Assembly (NCBI GenBank): GCA_036339875.1
Contig: JAYZAC010000095.1
Span: 14,226 to 78,225 of the forward strand
DNA length: 64,000 nt
Origin: a bacterium
Lineage (GTDB): Bacteria; Muiribacteriota; UBA6191
Reading direction: 5' to 3'
Shown here in pieces: positions 1 to 8,849 of the stretch. The position numbers were made by a program, and so were the translations under genes. The notes under the pieces were generated by a model. That model was not told the DNA's origin, ran no database searches, and saw only the letters and a list, made by a program, of their open reading frames with translations. The first letter of the stretch is position 1. The number at the start of each line of letters is the position of its first letter.

Positions 1-3000
1 CAGTGGCATAAGAAATATAATTCCAAGCCATCGCAAAAAAGTACTCGATTCTATACATTCAGCAAGAGAAGGAGCATAACGGTAATAACTCTGTACAATT
101 TTTTGTCCCGATTTTGAAGTCATCAAAATACTGTCGCGGAACCAAACAAAATCCTGCACAAAAGGATGCTCTAAAGAACCAAAACTAGCGGTTGCTATAA
201 AACAACCACCGCCCCCACCGCCACCCTGGGTAGTGAATGTCGGTTGCACAGTCGTCGATACCGACGCTTGTTTTTGCAATCTCACGATAAGCTGCTCATC
301 ATCATCACCTTTATTAACGATTAATAGACTCTGACTTGATTTGGGCGGAATAATAATTGATTTATCGATTTGTTCAATTGCCTTCTGAACGGCCATACGA
401 ATAGATTCACGGTACATGACTGTATATTTATTTGGATCAAGTGCTGCCAACTTCAGAATAGATGAATTGCCCTGACTACCAATGGTAAAGCGCTCAGATA
501 CTCTACCTTCGTTTAATAAATGAAATGAAAGAACAATAGATACATCGAATGGATTAGTAATTGTGAGAATTTTATCTAATCTACCAGATACCGTTATAAC
601 TTCATTAACCTCTGTCTCAGTTAATAAGCTAGTTTGAGTTGCAATAGTCTGAGTTTCAGGGTCAAGATTGACAATTTGATCAGGAGGTTGATTCACAGCA
701 GGTGGCTCATTAATTTGCTCTTGAGATTCTACACAATCGGTTGTAACCGAAATAGCATCGCAGGGACTGAGATGAATCTGATCCACCCATAAATTCAGTG
801 TGAATGGTCTACCACCACCCACATCATCTATGCTCTCTTTAAGTATTCCTGTACGATTTTCAAAAACTACAGCCAATGTTGTAGTACGAGTGTAGTCTAT
901 CGTCTTGAAAGAAAAAGTATATTCTCTAAAAGCTAGTGGATCATTTGCAGCCAACGCCTTCTTTTCCCATATAGTTTGATATTCTCCAAAACCTTTTACC
1001 CCGGAGGTATCAAAAATAGCTTTCGTAGAATGCGTAGCATAAGGATCGAAATGAGGGCTAAAAAGTTCTTGATGAAAATTATAAGTGCTTCTTACCTTAT
1101 CGTGAGCATTTCCTACTTTAGATTTCGAAAAAGCAGCTTGGGAATCATTAAATTTCACGTTAGTCGTCTGCAAACCCTGAAACATGATTACATCAGTAGC
1201 AATCCTCTCATTCGCAGAGCTTCTAGATACCTTAAATGTAGTAGTTCCGAGACGAGGTACAGAATCATCGGGCGACAGTTTACGACTTTTGATAGTGATT
1301 GGAGTTTGATCAATTACACCATCTAATAAATCACCGGTATCATCGAATCTAAAATTCAAGTCTGATATCGCCGCTCTTTTATTTTCAAGCTTTACATATC
1401 CCAATGAATAAGTCGTTAAATTCAAACTTATCTGTGAAAGAATATTTTGCTCTTCCACCTGTTCATTATTTTCATTTAAATCCTCTTCTTCATTGGCATT
1501 CTCGTCTTGATCTTCCACGTCGTCGCCATCGTCATTATCTTCTTCAGCTCCACCTCCAGCTCCATCGTCGACATTTCCGCCCTCAGCGTCTTCACCACCA
1601 GCTAAGACGTCTTTAACTACGCGCACAAAGTTCATTCCTTCACGCGTCCCAGTAGTTAGATTAGGATCTAATCCGGCATAAATTACATCTAAATTACTAA
1701 AGTTAAAATTGCGAATCTGAAAGCTACTACGAGGACTGTTAGATGCACTAGCTTCATCCATAAATAAAGCTGCACCCATATCAAAATAGTAATCTTCAAA
1801 CGTTCTATTATCAACTGCGATTTCGTTCTTTAAAATCTGATTAATTGCACACACTTTATCTACGGGAACCGCATCAGGAGAAGTATCGCATGACAAATCG
1901 GAATCGATTAGTTTCGGGTCAAGGATATCGTTTACATGAAAACTACGCACATCGCTTACTAATAATTGCTGTATGAAATCATCGCCTTTTCCCGGCTGAG
2001 CAAACTCTAGCTGTTCCCATGCATAGAGCAAGGTTAGAAATCCCAATCCTGCAGCAACGTCTTCCAAGCTTATATGTTTTTCTAGCGTACTTAAAAAGGC
2101 ATTCTGTTGCGCATCCTCTCGCTCCGTACCAATTTCAAAACGGAGACCAGCGGGACCCAAGTCTCGGTAAAATAAACTCGGCAAATCAGGTAGAAAAAAG
2201 TTAGATTTAGTCAAAAAGCTATTGTGATGGAAGAGTAACCTAATTACAGGAAAGACCGTATTTTGAACGCTGAGATCGAAGACGTTTGATACGGCTGAAT
2301 CGCAAACTCCTTGGTTGAAATCCGTAACTGCCCCACAAGTATTGAATACAGGTCTATTGGTACCAGAAATGAAGATACCTTGACCTACACCTACCCTCTG
2401 AAAAGAGAGTTCGGCAGATCCCCCTACGCGAGTAGACCTGTATGCAGTAAAATAACCTAGTGCATCTTTCAACCAACCGTATTCATTATAAATAATTCCT
2501 GAACTCAATTCATCGCTTTCTGAATAAGAATTATGAGCTTGAAAATTCATTAATTCGTGTAGATATCTAGCAAAGTTTTGATAAAAGAAAACTTCGTTTC
2601 CATAGAGCTTTTTAGTCTTTATTTCAGAGGTATCATCACTTAATGGAGGAGCTTGAAGCATCCTAGGGTCCCAAAATCCTAGATCTAAATAAATGATATT
2701 TCCGTAGTTACTAAGAGTATTAATACTCGAAAGGCCATTTGTACGAAGCTGATCTACGAAATTAAAATAACCTGAACGAGCATTGATGATTGAATCCGCG
2801 CCATCATTGATATCATATAATAAAACGTTCAATACAATTCGATCTTCTTGATTTGAAAATGGCACCTCTGGAAACACAAGATCGGATTGATTCGCACGGG
2901 TTACGGACCCGACTGACTCCATGGCAACACGCACCATTTCAACCATTGTCCCAGCAATTTGAGTTAACTTAGTCGATCTAAAAGGTGTAGCTTGATCATC

Positions 3001-3075
3001 ATTTTGAAAAACAACCGATGCAGAGGTTATTGATAACATGCAAAGTAAGATTAATAAATGCTTAATTATTAACAT
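1..3075 (-). CDS. Exported gluzincin-like pseudopeptidase with C-terminal CFI-box (CTERM) domain; runs off the window edge, >1025 aa
   Basis: Not in the ORF track. Translated by hand: open frame from ATG at 3075 (MLIIKHLLILLCMLSITSA, signal peptide) to position 1. Contains FYQNFARYLHELMN, GWLKDALGYF, GLGFLTLLYAWEQL and an acidic Gly/Asp/Glu linker (~1440-1605). Ends GGGGGGCFIATASFGSLEHPFVQDFVWFRDSILMTSKSGQKIVQSYYRYAPSLA followed by the start of a hydrophobic segment. Confidence 0.9.
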   Translation of the reverse strand, partial: MLIIKHLLILLCMLSITSASVVFQNDDQATPFRSTKLTQIAGTMVEMVRVAMESVGSVTRANQSDLVFPEVPFSNQEDRIVLNVLLYDINDGADSIINARSGYFNFVDQLRTNGLSSINTLSNYGNIIYLDLGFWDPRMLQAPPLSDDTSEIKTKKLYGNEVFFYQNFARYLHELMNFQAHNSYSESDELSSGIIYNEYGWLKDALGYFTAYRSTRVGGSAELSFQRVGVGQGIFISGTNRPVFNTCGAVTDFNQGVCDSAVSNVFDLSVQNTVFPVIRLLFHHNSFLTKSNFFLPDLPSLFYRDLGPAGLRFEIGTEREDAQQNAFLSTLEKHISLEDVAAGLGFLTLLYAWEQLEFAQPGKGDDFIQQLLVSDVRSFHVNDILDPKLIDSDLSCDTSPDAVPVDKVCAINQILKNEIAVDNRTFEDYYFDMGAALFMDEASASNSPRSSFQIRNFNFSNLDVIYAGLDPNLTTGTREGMNFVRVVKDVLAGGEDAEGGNVDDGAGGGAEEDNDDGDDVEDQDENANEEEDLNENNEQVEEQNILSQISLNLTTYSLGYVKLENKRAAISDLNFRFDDTGDLLDGVIDQTPITIKSRKLSPDDSVPRLGTTTFKVSRSSANERIATDVIMFQGLQTTNVKFNDSQAAFSKSKVGNAHDKVRSTYNFHQELFSPHFDPYATHSTKAIFDTSGVKGFGEYQTIWEKKALAANDPLAFREYTFSFKTIDYTRTTTLAVVFENRTGILKESIDDVGGGRPFTLNLWVDQIHLSPCDAISVTTDCVESQEQINEPPAVNQPPDQIVNLDPETQTIATQTSLLTETEVNEVITVSGRLDKILTITNPFDVSIVLSFHLLNEGRVSERFTIGSQGNSSILKLAALDPNKYTVMYRESIRMAVQKAIEQIDKSIIIPPKSSQSLLIVNKGDDDEQLIVRLQKQASVSTTVQPTFTTQGGGGGGGCFIATASFGSLEHPFVQDFVWFRDSILMTSKSGQKIVQSYYRYAPSLAECIESSTFLRWLGIIFLMPL

Positions 3076-5303
3076 TCGCGACCCTTCCAAAATCCAAGGT
3101 AGGCTAATGTAAAAATCAACATGAAAATCAATGGATTAATCATGATTGTAGCAAATGCTACTAGCGGAATAAGAATTATTTGGCCAAGTACTTGTAGACT
3201 CACCGACGAAGAAATAGTTTTAGACATAATTGGAGAATTTGCGTAGTACCAAGCAACAAATTTCTGACCTAAGGAGCTAGTTAATAAGTATCTATCTCTG
3301 AATATACATAATATTCTCACAAATGGATGATTGTAATCACCGTAGGCCGCAGTCGCAATAAAACAACCACCCGCACCACCACCTGCTAGTTTTTCATATT
3401 CCTCTTGAGATAAGATAGTGGAATTGCTACCAATAGTTGTCTGAGGGTCTTCAATTGGAAATATGTTTGAATCCACAACATCATATGTCAATGCAATATT
3501 TACCGGAATAGTATTTTCATTCATAAATATTATCTGAGAACTAGTATATGCACTTAGTAACAAAAATCGCTCTCCAGTTACAGGAACTAAAGAATTCACT
3601 GATAATTTAATCTCTTTATGCAAATCCATACCCACTGCGGTAGTTACAACATTACGAGGCAAAGAAAGCCTTAAAGTTGAAGAGGAATTATTCGAAAATG
3701 GTAAAGAAAATACGCCACTCCCAGAAAAACTTAGATTAATAGTTCCACTAACCCCCGATGAAATAATTGTACTAACTTGCTCAGGACTTAAAACAATCGA
3801 ATTAGTATTCACACCAAATTCTCCAGTTGAATTTGGCTCTAATATTTGAGGCTCTGGATTGCTTAGATTACTGCGAACCATTTGAGTAAGAAAATCTTTG
3901 GTTTGATTATCTAGGTTTATCATCAAGACTTGTTTCTCAACTCCCGGTAAAAGTAGCTCTTTCAAATTCGTACTACTCATCTGCTTTTCTACATAAGTGT
4001 TCCCGTTTACGTCCTGTCTAATAAGATAGATTTTACTATTTCCTAATCCGGCAGGAATTATTATCTGGATCTCGTGTTGGTCATTAATAGTGGCATTTTC
4101 TAAACGCTTTATATCAACTCCAAAAGAAGGAATGCGAGATATAAGTGAACTTGGTAGTGTATTCGCAAAATCATAGTTAATAAAACTAAATTTAGACAGA
4201 TCGATAGCCGGAAATAAATACTGATTTTCTGTAGTTCTAATAATCAGAGAAAGAATGAAATTTGTATACAAATCCTCAAAAGAACCCAGATTATATTGAT
4301 TCAGAACTATCTGCAAACCATCCAGACCATCTTTAGGCTGATTCATTAAGTCTCGAAAGAATCGATCTCCATCTGTAACTCTTGTTTGAAAGTTACCCCC
4401 CGCTTTGTGAAAAAGATTGGTAAAAAAGAGATAGTGAAATCCTCGAAAAGCTGGTCCATCAATATTGTCTCTCGGATCTCTAGGATTTGAAAAAACATTT
4501 ACTCTATTAATATTTTGCTCATTTAAAACATATTCTGGACGCATCGCTGATATGTTTTGGAAGTAATCGTCTAGTTCTAAAATACCTTGATTAGGACCAT
4601 CAATAATTCTTGATAAAGAATTAGGGAATACCTCCTGATTCAAAAATCGATATACCATCATTTGAGCGATACCTTCTCGAATCCATTCCTCCTCAGTCGG
4701 ATCTCGCTGAAATTGAGCTAATCTTGATAGGGCCCTCACTAATTCTATGTAAGTACTGCGCTTAGAAACGCCTGTATACAACGCCGAACCTAGAGTTCCA
4801 GGATTAACATCCAAGTAAATCAAATTCATTCCATTTAAACTGGAGGTTAAACTCTGATCATTAGGATCAAAGGAAGCTCCTATGTAAGATCCTGATTCTT
4901 GAAAGTCATCCTGAAGATCTAAAAATAAAATATTCAAGCCGGGAGACGCGCTATTATTGACTTCACCTAAATTAAAAAAACTACCCTCGAGCTTGGGCAT
5001 CAAAACTCGAGTCATCCAGTCTGCAAACTCATCAACTACAAACTGGCGATCAGAAGGAGACGAAAGATTTAGGCCGTTCAGCTGCTGAGAATTCCATACA
5101 GAATCCTCCACCCAAAAAGTAATGTCTAAACCAGGCCTTACGGAAGTAGAGGCTCTAACTGTTGCTGTAACTGTATTTACCGTTGCAAGAGGCTGCGTTA
5201 CCACATCAAAATCGCGCACAGAACCAACCGGTAGTGCTACAACCGGCTGTAAAACTGTGATCATCAAAATGATCAATAATAGAAAACGAAGACAAATTTC
5301 CAC
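3069..5303 (-). CDS. Exported gluzincin-like protein with degenerate zinc motif and CFI-box C-terminal domain
   Basis: 744 aa. Signal peptide; paralog of 5474..7849 (LNILFLDLQDDF..GSYIG..FDP, WIREGIAQ, RGFHYLFF); HExxH position reads RALSR; GGGAGGCFIATAAYG...FRDRYLL...YYANSP plus TM and basic tail. Confidence 0.88.
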   Translation of the reverse strand: MEICLRFLLLIILMITVLQPVVALPVGSVRDFDVVTQPLATVNTVTATVRASTSVRPGLDITFWVEDSVWNSQQLNGLNLSSPSDRQFVVDEFADWMTRVLMPKLEGSFFNLGEVNNSASPGLNILFLDLQDDFQESGSYIGASFDPNDQSLTSSLNGMNLIYLDVNPGTLGSALYTGVSKRSTYIELVRALSRLAQFQRDPTEEEWIREGIAQMMVYRFLNQEVFPNSLSRIIDGPNQGILELDDYFQNISAMRPEYVLNEQNINRVNVFSNPRDPRDNIDGPAFRGFHYLFFTNLFHKAGGNFQTRVTDGDRFFRDLMNQPKDGLDGLQIVLNQYNLGSFEDLYTNFILSLIIRTTENQYLFPAIDLSKFSFINYDFANTLPSSLISRIPSFGVDIKRLENATINDQHEIQIIIPAGLGNSKIYLIRQDVNGNTYVEKQMSSTNLKELLLPGVEKQVLMINLDNQTKDFLTQMVRSNLSNPEPQILEPNSTGEFGVNTNSIVLSPEQVSTIISSGVSGTINLSFSGSGVFSLPFSNNSSSTLRLSLPRNVVTTAVGMDLHKEIKLSVNSLVPVTGERFLLLSAYTSSQIIFMNENTIPVNIALTYDVVDSNIFPIEDPQTTIGSNSTILSQEEYEKLAGGGAGGCFIATAAYGDYNHPFVRILCIFRDRYLLTSSLGQKFVAWYYANSPIMSKTISSSVSLQVLGQIILIPLVAFATIMINPLIFMLIFTLAYLGFWKGREC

Positions 5304-5473
5304 TTCTCTTTCCCATCGAACAAATAGCGTACAAATCTAACCTTTTTTGTGCTCGCAAAGTTTTTGAATTGAATAAATTGGGCTTATATGGAGATTAGTA
5401 AACCCTAATCAAGAAAAGTTTGATTAATAAGCCAGTTAGGATTCTCTGGTAGATGTCTAACTATATTTTCTTG

Positions 5474-7849
5474 TCAGTTCCTCGAATTACGTGGAAGTAC
5501 AAAAGGTAAAATTAGTAGTAAAATCAAAATCCAATGAAACTGATAGATAATTCCCACTGAAATTATCAATGGCATTAGAAGAAATTGACCGAGTAAGCCT
5601 AATAATGGTCTAGATGATATATACTCTGCAATCTTTGGCGAGTATCTGTAGTACAGAGTCACGAAAGATTTACCCAGGTGCGATTTTAATAGGAATTCAT
5701 CGCGAAACAAACTTAAGGCACGAACTTCATAGCTATTCTTTCCCATGAATGATGCACTCGCTAAGAAGCATCCTCCCCCACCACCAGCCGCAGAACCAGA
5801 TGATATTGGAATTTCTGGATTAACTACTGGTGGCTGAGCTGAATTCGAAATCACTACAGCCGTTTTAGTTACTAATGGGCTGACCTGCAATGAAGAATTA
5901 GTTTTATTTGCATAGTACAAATCGTAGGTCGTTCCAGCATCAAGCTTTAAATTACTGTAAAAGTAGTCTTGATTACCAACTTTTACAGCCGCTTTCCGCA
6001 CAATCGTAGTCCCTGGAACTATTAAATGTGAAGCGTTAATACAATTTTGACCTGATATGCAAGCTGAGATTGCAATTTCACGAGGCCGATCATTTAAAAT
6101 ATCTAAATCGATACTTGTATTATTATTAAAAGATTGACGGACAATTTGATTACCGTTCACACTCAACGGATCAATTGGCTGTCCATTTACAAAGTCTGCA
6201 TCATTAAATTGAACCGAAGTAATTGGCTGGGAAGCAAGTGATAAAGAATTAAGATAACTAAGCTGAACTGAAATCTGTCCTAAGCTCGGATTAGATAGAA
6301 TTAGCACATTAGAGCTATTTGCCGCTATGAATAAAGGATTTTCTAAACCGGCTAGATCTTGTTGTAATGATCTTGATTGTGGACCTGAACCTTCCAGCAA
6401 ATAAGCATGAAAGTTTGTCGTAGAAGTTAAACTTAAACTCGCTGCTTGTGAACCACCGTTTACGCGAATCACTCGGAAATCATACCCTGCTAAAGAAAAT
6501 GTCACTGGTAATAAATTTTGGCTTACATTTAGGGAAGTAGAAATATTTAATTGCGTTCCATTAGAAAAATCAAAAAACTCCATGTTATATAGTGAATTGA
6601 TACCATCAGCATTCAATGCCACAGTAAATGCATTAAAAATATCATTAAAATTATATGAAGAACCTTCAAGACCAGCTTGAATAGATGAGATTCCATTAGC
6701 CGATGATTTAATCATTGAATTAATTCGAGAATCTGCTTCTGAACCTACCAAACTACCGTTACTCACACTCCCACCAAGCTGTTCCCAAAGATAGGTGAAG
6801 AATAAATATCCAATTCCCCTTAATTCAGCAGAATCATAACGCTGGAAAACTTTACCTTGAATTCCTAATTCGTCACTACTTATAAGCTGACTAGAGCTTG
6901 GGTCTGCCAACCAGAAAGGCACCTGAGATGGAGACCCAGTAGGTGCTATTAGCAAAGGCTCTCCATTGCTAAATGTTTTGTTGAATAAAGTTCTATAAAT
7001 AGCATACTGTGAAAATCCCTCATTAACCCAAATAGTCTCTCCAAGATCAAATTGAGCATGAATTAGATGCTGAAATTCATGAGCTAATACTTGATAAAAA
7101 TCTTTGCGAGGCAGTGCCGGAATAAACGCCCCAATTGGAGTACTATTGCCTCCTGGATTACTGGGATACATGTCCATATGGATAGCATTCATCCTGTTAT
7201 TATTAGGATTAAACTTATCATCCGGATCAAAATAACCACCTATAAATGAACCGGTAAATTGAAAGTTATCTGAGATATCATAGATTAGAACATTAAAACC
7301 TTCAGACAGTGAATTCGCTACTGGATTCACAGAACCAAACGCTGCAATACTTTCGGGAACGATTACTTCGCTGAGGATGGTACCTATTTCTTGGATAGTA
7401 TTATCTCTATCGGTAACTCGCGTAGGCTGATTTCCTACACCAAAAGCTTGAGAATTAAGATTATTATCTTGATCTTGATCGTAGTATTTCTGCTCATCAA
7501 CCCATACATTAATCAACAGGTTCGAGTTTGCAACGCTAATTTGGCGCTGATATCGTAATACGAAACTGATAGTTCTAGCGCCTTCATCTACTCGAAAGTT
7601 TTGTGTACTATTCAATACCGCTACAGCATTTTGTGTAGCAAGTAAACTATTCATTTTGGCTGCTTTTTGCCATGACTTTGGTGCTGTTTTCTTAAACTTC
7701 TGTAGTAATTCCGATTGCCTGCAGAGAGCCTTAGGAATTTTCGCTGAATCTAAATGCTGTGCATCAATTTCTAAAGTTACAAGTGAGCCTGAACTTGCAA
7801 ATGATAAATTCGCGATTAAAAGGAGTATGATAATTAGTCTACAAAACAT
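5474..7849 (-). CDS. Exported zinc metallopeptidase (gluzincin, M30/hyicolysin-like) with CFI-box C-terminal domain
   Basis: 791 aa. Signal peptide; GGYFDP; LAHEFQHLIH then WVNEGFS (third ligand Glu); GGGGGCFLASASF...FRDEFLL...YYRYSP plus TM. Confidence 0.88.
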   Translation of the reverse strand: MFCRLIIILLLIANLSFASSGSLVTLEIDAQHLDSAKIPKALCRQSELLQKFKKTAPKSWQKAAKMNSLLATQNAVAVLNSTQNFRVDEGARTISFVLRYQRQISVANSNLLINVWVDEQKYYDQDQDNNLNSQAFGVGNQPTRVTDRDNTIQEIGTILSEVIVPESIAAFGSVNPVANSLSEGFNVLIYDISDNFQFTGSFIGGYFDPDDKFNPNNNRMNAIHMDMYPSNPGGNSTPIGAFIPALPRKDFYQVLAHEFQHLIHAQFDLGETIWVNEGFSQYAIYRTLFNKTFSNGEPLLIAPTGSPSQVPFWLADPSSSQLISSDELGIQGKVFQRYDSAELRGIGYLFFTYLWEQLGGSVSNGSLVGSEADSRINSMIKSSANGISSIQAGLEGSSYNFNDIFNAFTVALNADGINSLYNMEFFDFSNGTQLNISTSLNVSQNLLPVTFSLAGYDFRVIRVNGGSQAASLSLTSTTNFHAYLLEGSGPQSRSLQQDLAGLENPLFIAANSSNVLILSNPSLGQISVQLSYLNSLSLASQPITSVQFNDADFVNGQPIDPLSVNGNQIVRQSFNNNTSIDLDILNDRPREIAISACISGQNCINASHLIVPGTTIVRKAAVKVGNQDYFYSNLKLDAGTTYDLYYANKTNSSLQVSPLVTKTAVVISNSAQPPVVNPEIPISSGSAAGGGGGCFLASASFMGKNSYEVRALSLFRDEFLLKSHLGKSFVTLYYRYSPKIAEYISSRPLLGLLGQFLLMPLIISVGIIYQFHWILILLLILPFVLPRNSRN

Positions 7850-7922
7850 CTAAATCTCATTTCCGTGAAATCTGGAAAATTGTAAACCTCCTCTTGATCG
7901 AATTCTATATTTATGCAAGATT

Positions 7923-8849
7923 TCATTCATGAAAGGGCCCCACGGAAGTCTTAAACCTTTGTGCCTCATCTAGATCTTCAAGATTCATTTGTAATTTTAT
8001 AGGCACCTCTATCACTATATCTTTACCATAATCGGAATGTGATCTAACAAATTGATTCACTTCACTAGTTAACTGATGAAACGTTGATCCCAATGCATAA
8101 TTACTATTGGGTGATCTCAAAACAATATATGAAAAACTAATTGGTGCCGAATAACCCTTTTTAATTAAAATTCCTTTAAGGTCAGTTATATGAAAAGGAT
8201 ACTCTCCATTTTTTTTAGTAGCAAAATGTAAAAACTGTTGCCCGACGTCTTGGGTATTCAATTTTACTGCAATTTTCTTTCCATTTGATGGCTTCAAATC
8301 TAAGTTAAAGCTGTTTTCACTACCAATCTCAAAAGCTACAGATTCAATTTTTTTCAATAATTTACCTGTAGTATCTCCCACCCGATCAACTTCAAGAAAT
8401 TCTAAATTAAAAACCTTATCTGTAATTCCTTTTGAATGGAATTCATTGTTCTTACTATAAAATCTTGGCTTGATTGTAAACGTTTTCACAAGTTCAACAT
8501 TATCATAAAGATAAAAAATCGCTTGTATCGAATTTTGCTCTGAATTCTTATATCGCAGTTCACCTTTGCGATTCTTGGTAAAAGTAACTTTAGATAGATT
8601 ACCTACTTGAATCATAAAATCAGCTACTTCATTAAATTGTCTCTGAATTGAAAAAATATCCGGATCTCGCGATAATTCAACACCTAACTTCATGGATTTT
8701 AGTAATCGATTACCTGGGATTGTTACGATAAAATTTCCTTCAAAATTTGCGCCACTATTGCTTGGCGTTAATAAAAATATAAGAACTATTAAAACTAAAA
8801 GAAAGTAATTACCGTGATTAGTATTTAGTTCATGAGTCTTGCTCTTCAT
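7923..8849 (-). CDS. Hypothetical exported protein
   Basis: 308 aa ORF with N-terminal hydrophobic segment (YFLLVLIVLIFLLTP); overlaps the upstream gene by 20 nt. Confidence 0.75.
   Translation of the reverse strand: MKSKTHELNTNHGNYFLLVLIVLIFLLTPSNSGANFEGNFIVTIPGNRLLKSMKLGVELSRDPDIFSIQRQFNEVADFMIQVGNLSKVTFTKNRKGELRYKNSEQNSIQAIFYLYDNVELVKTFTIKPRFYSKNNEFHSKGITDKVFNLEFLEVDRVGDTTGKLLKKIESVAFEIGSENSFNLDLKPSNGKKIAVKLNTQDVGQQFLHFATKKNGEYPFHITDLKGILIKKGYSAPISFSYIVLRSPNSNYALGSTFHQLTSEVNQFVRSHSDYGKDIVIEVPIKLQMNLEDLDEAQRFKTSVGPFHE

Noticed and set aside
976..2204. Plus-strand ORFs 976..1326, 1404..1616 (His/Arg/Leu-rich) and 2019..2204
   Set aside because: They are antisense shadows of the long minus-strand gene 1..3075; the His-rich look comes from reading its acidic linker on the opposite strand.
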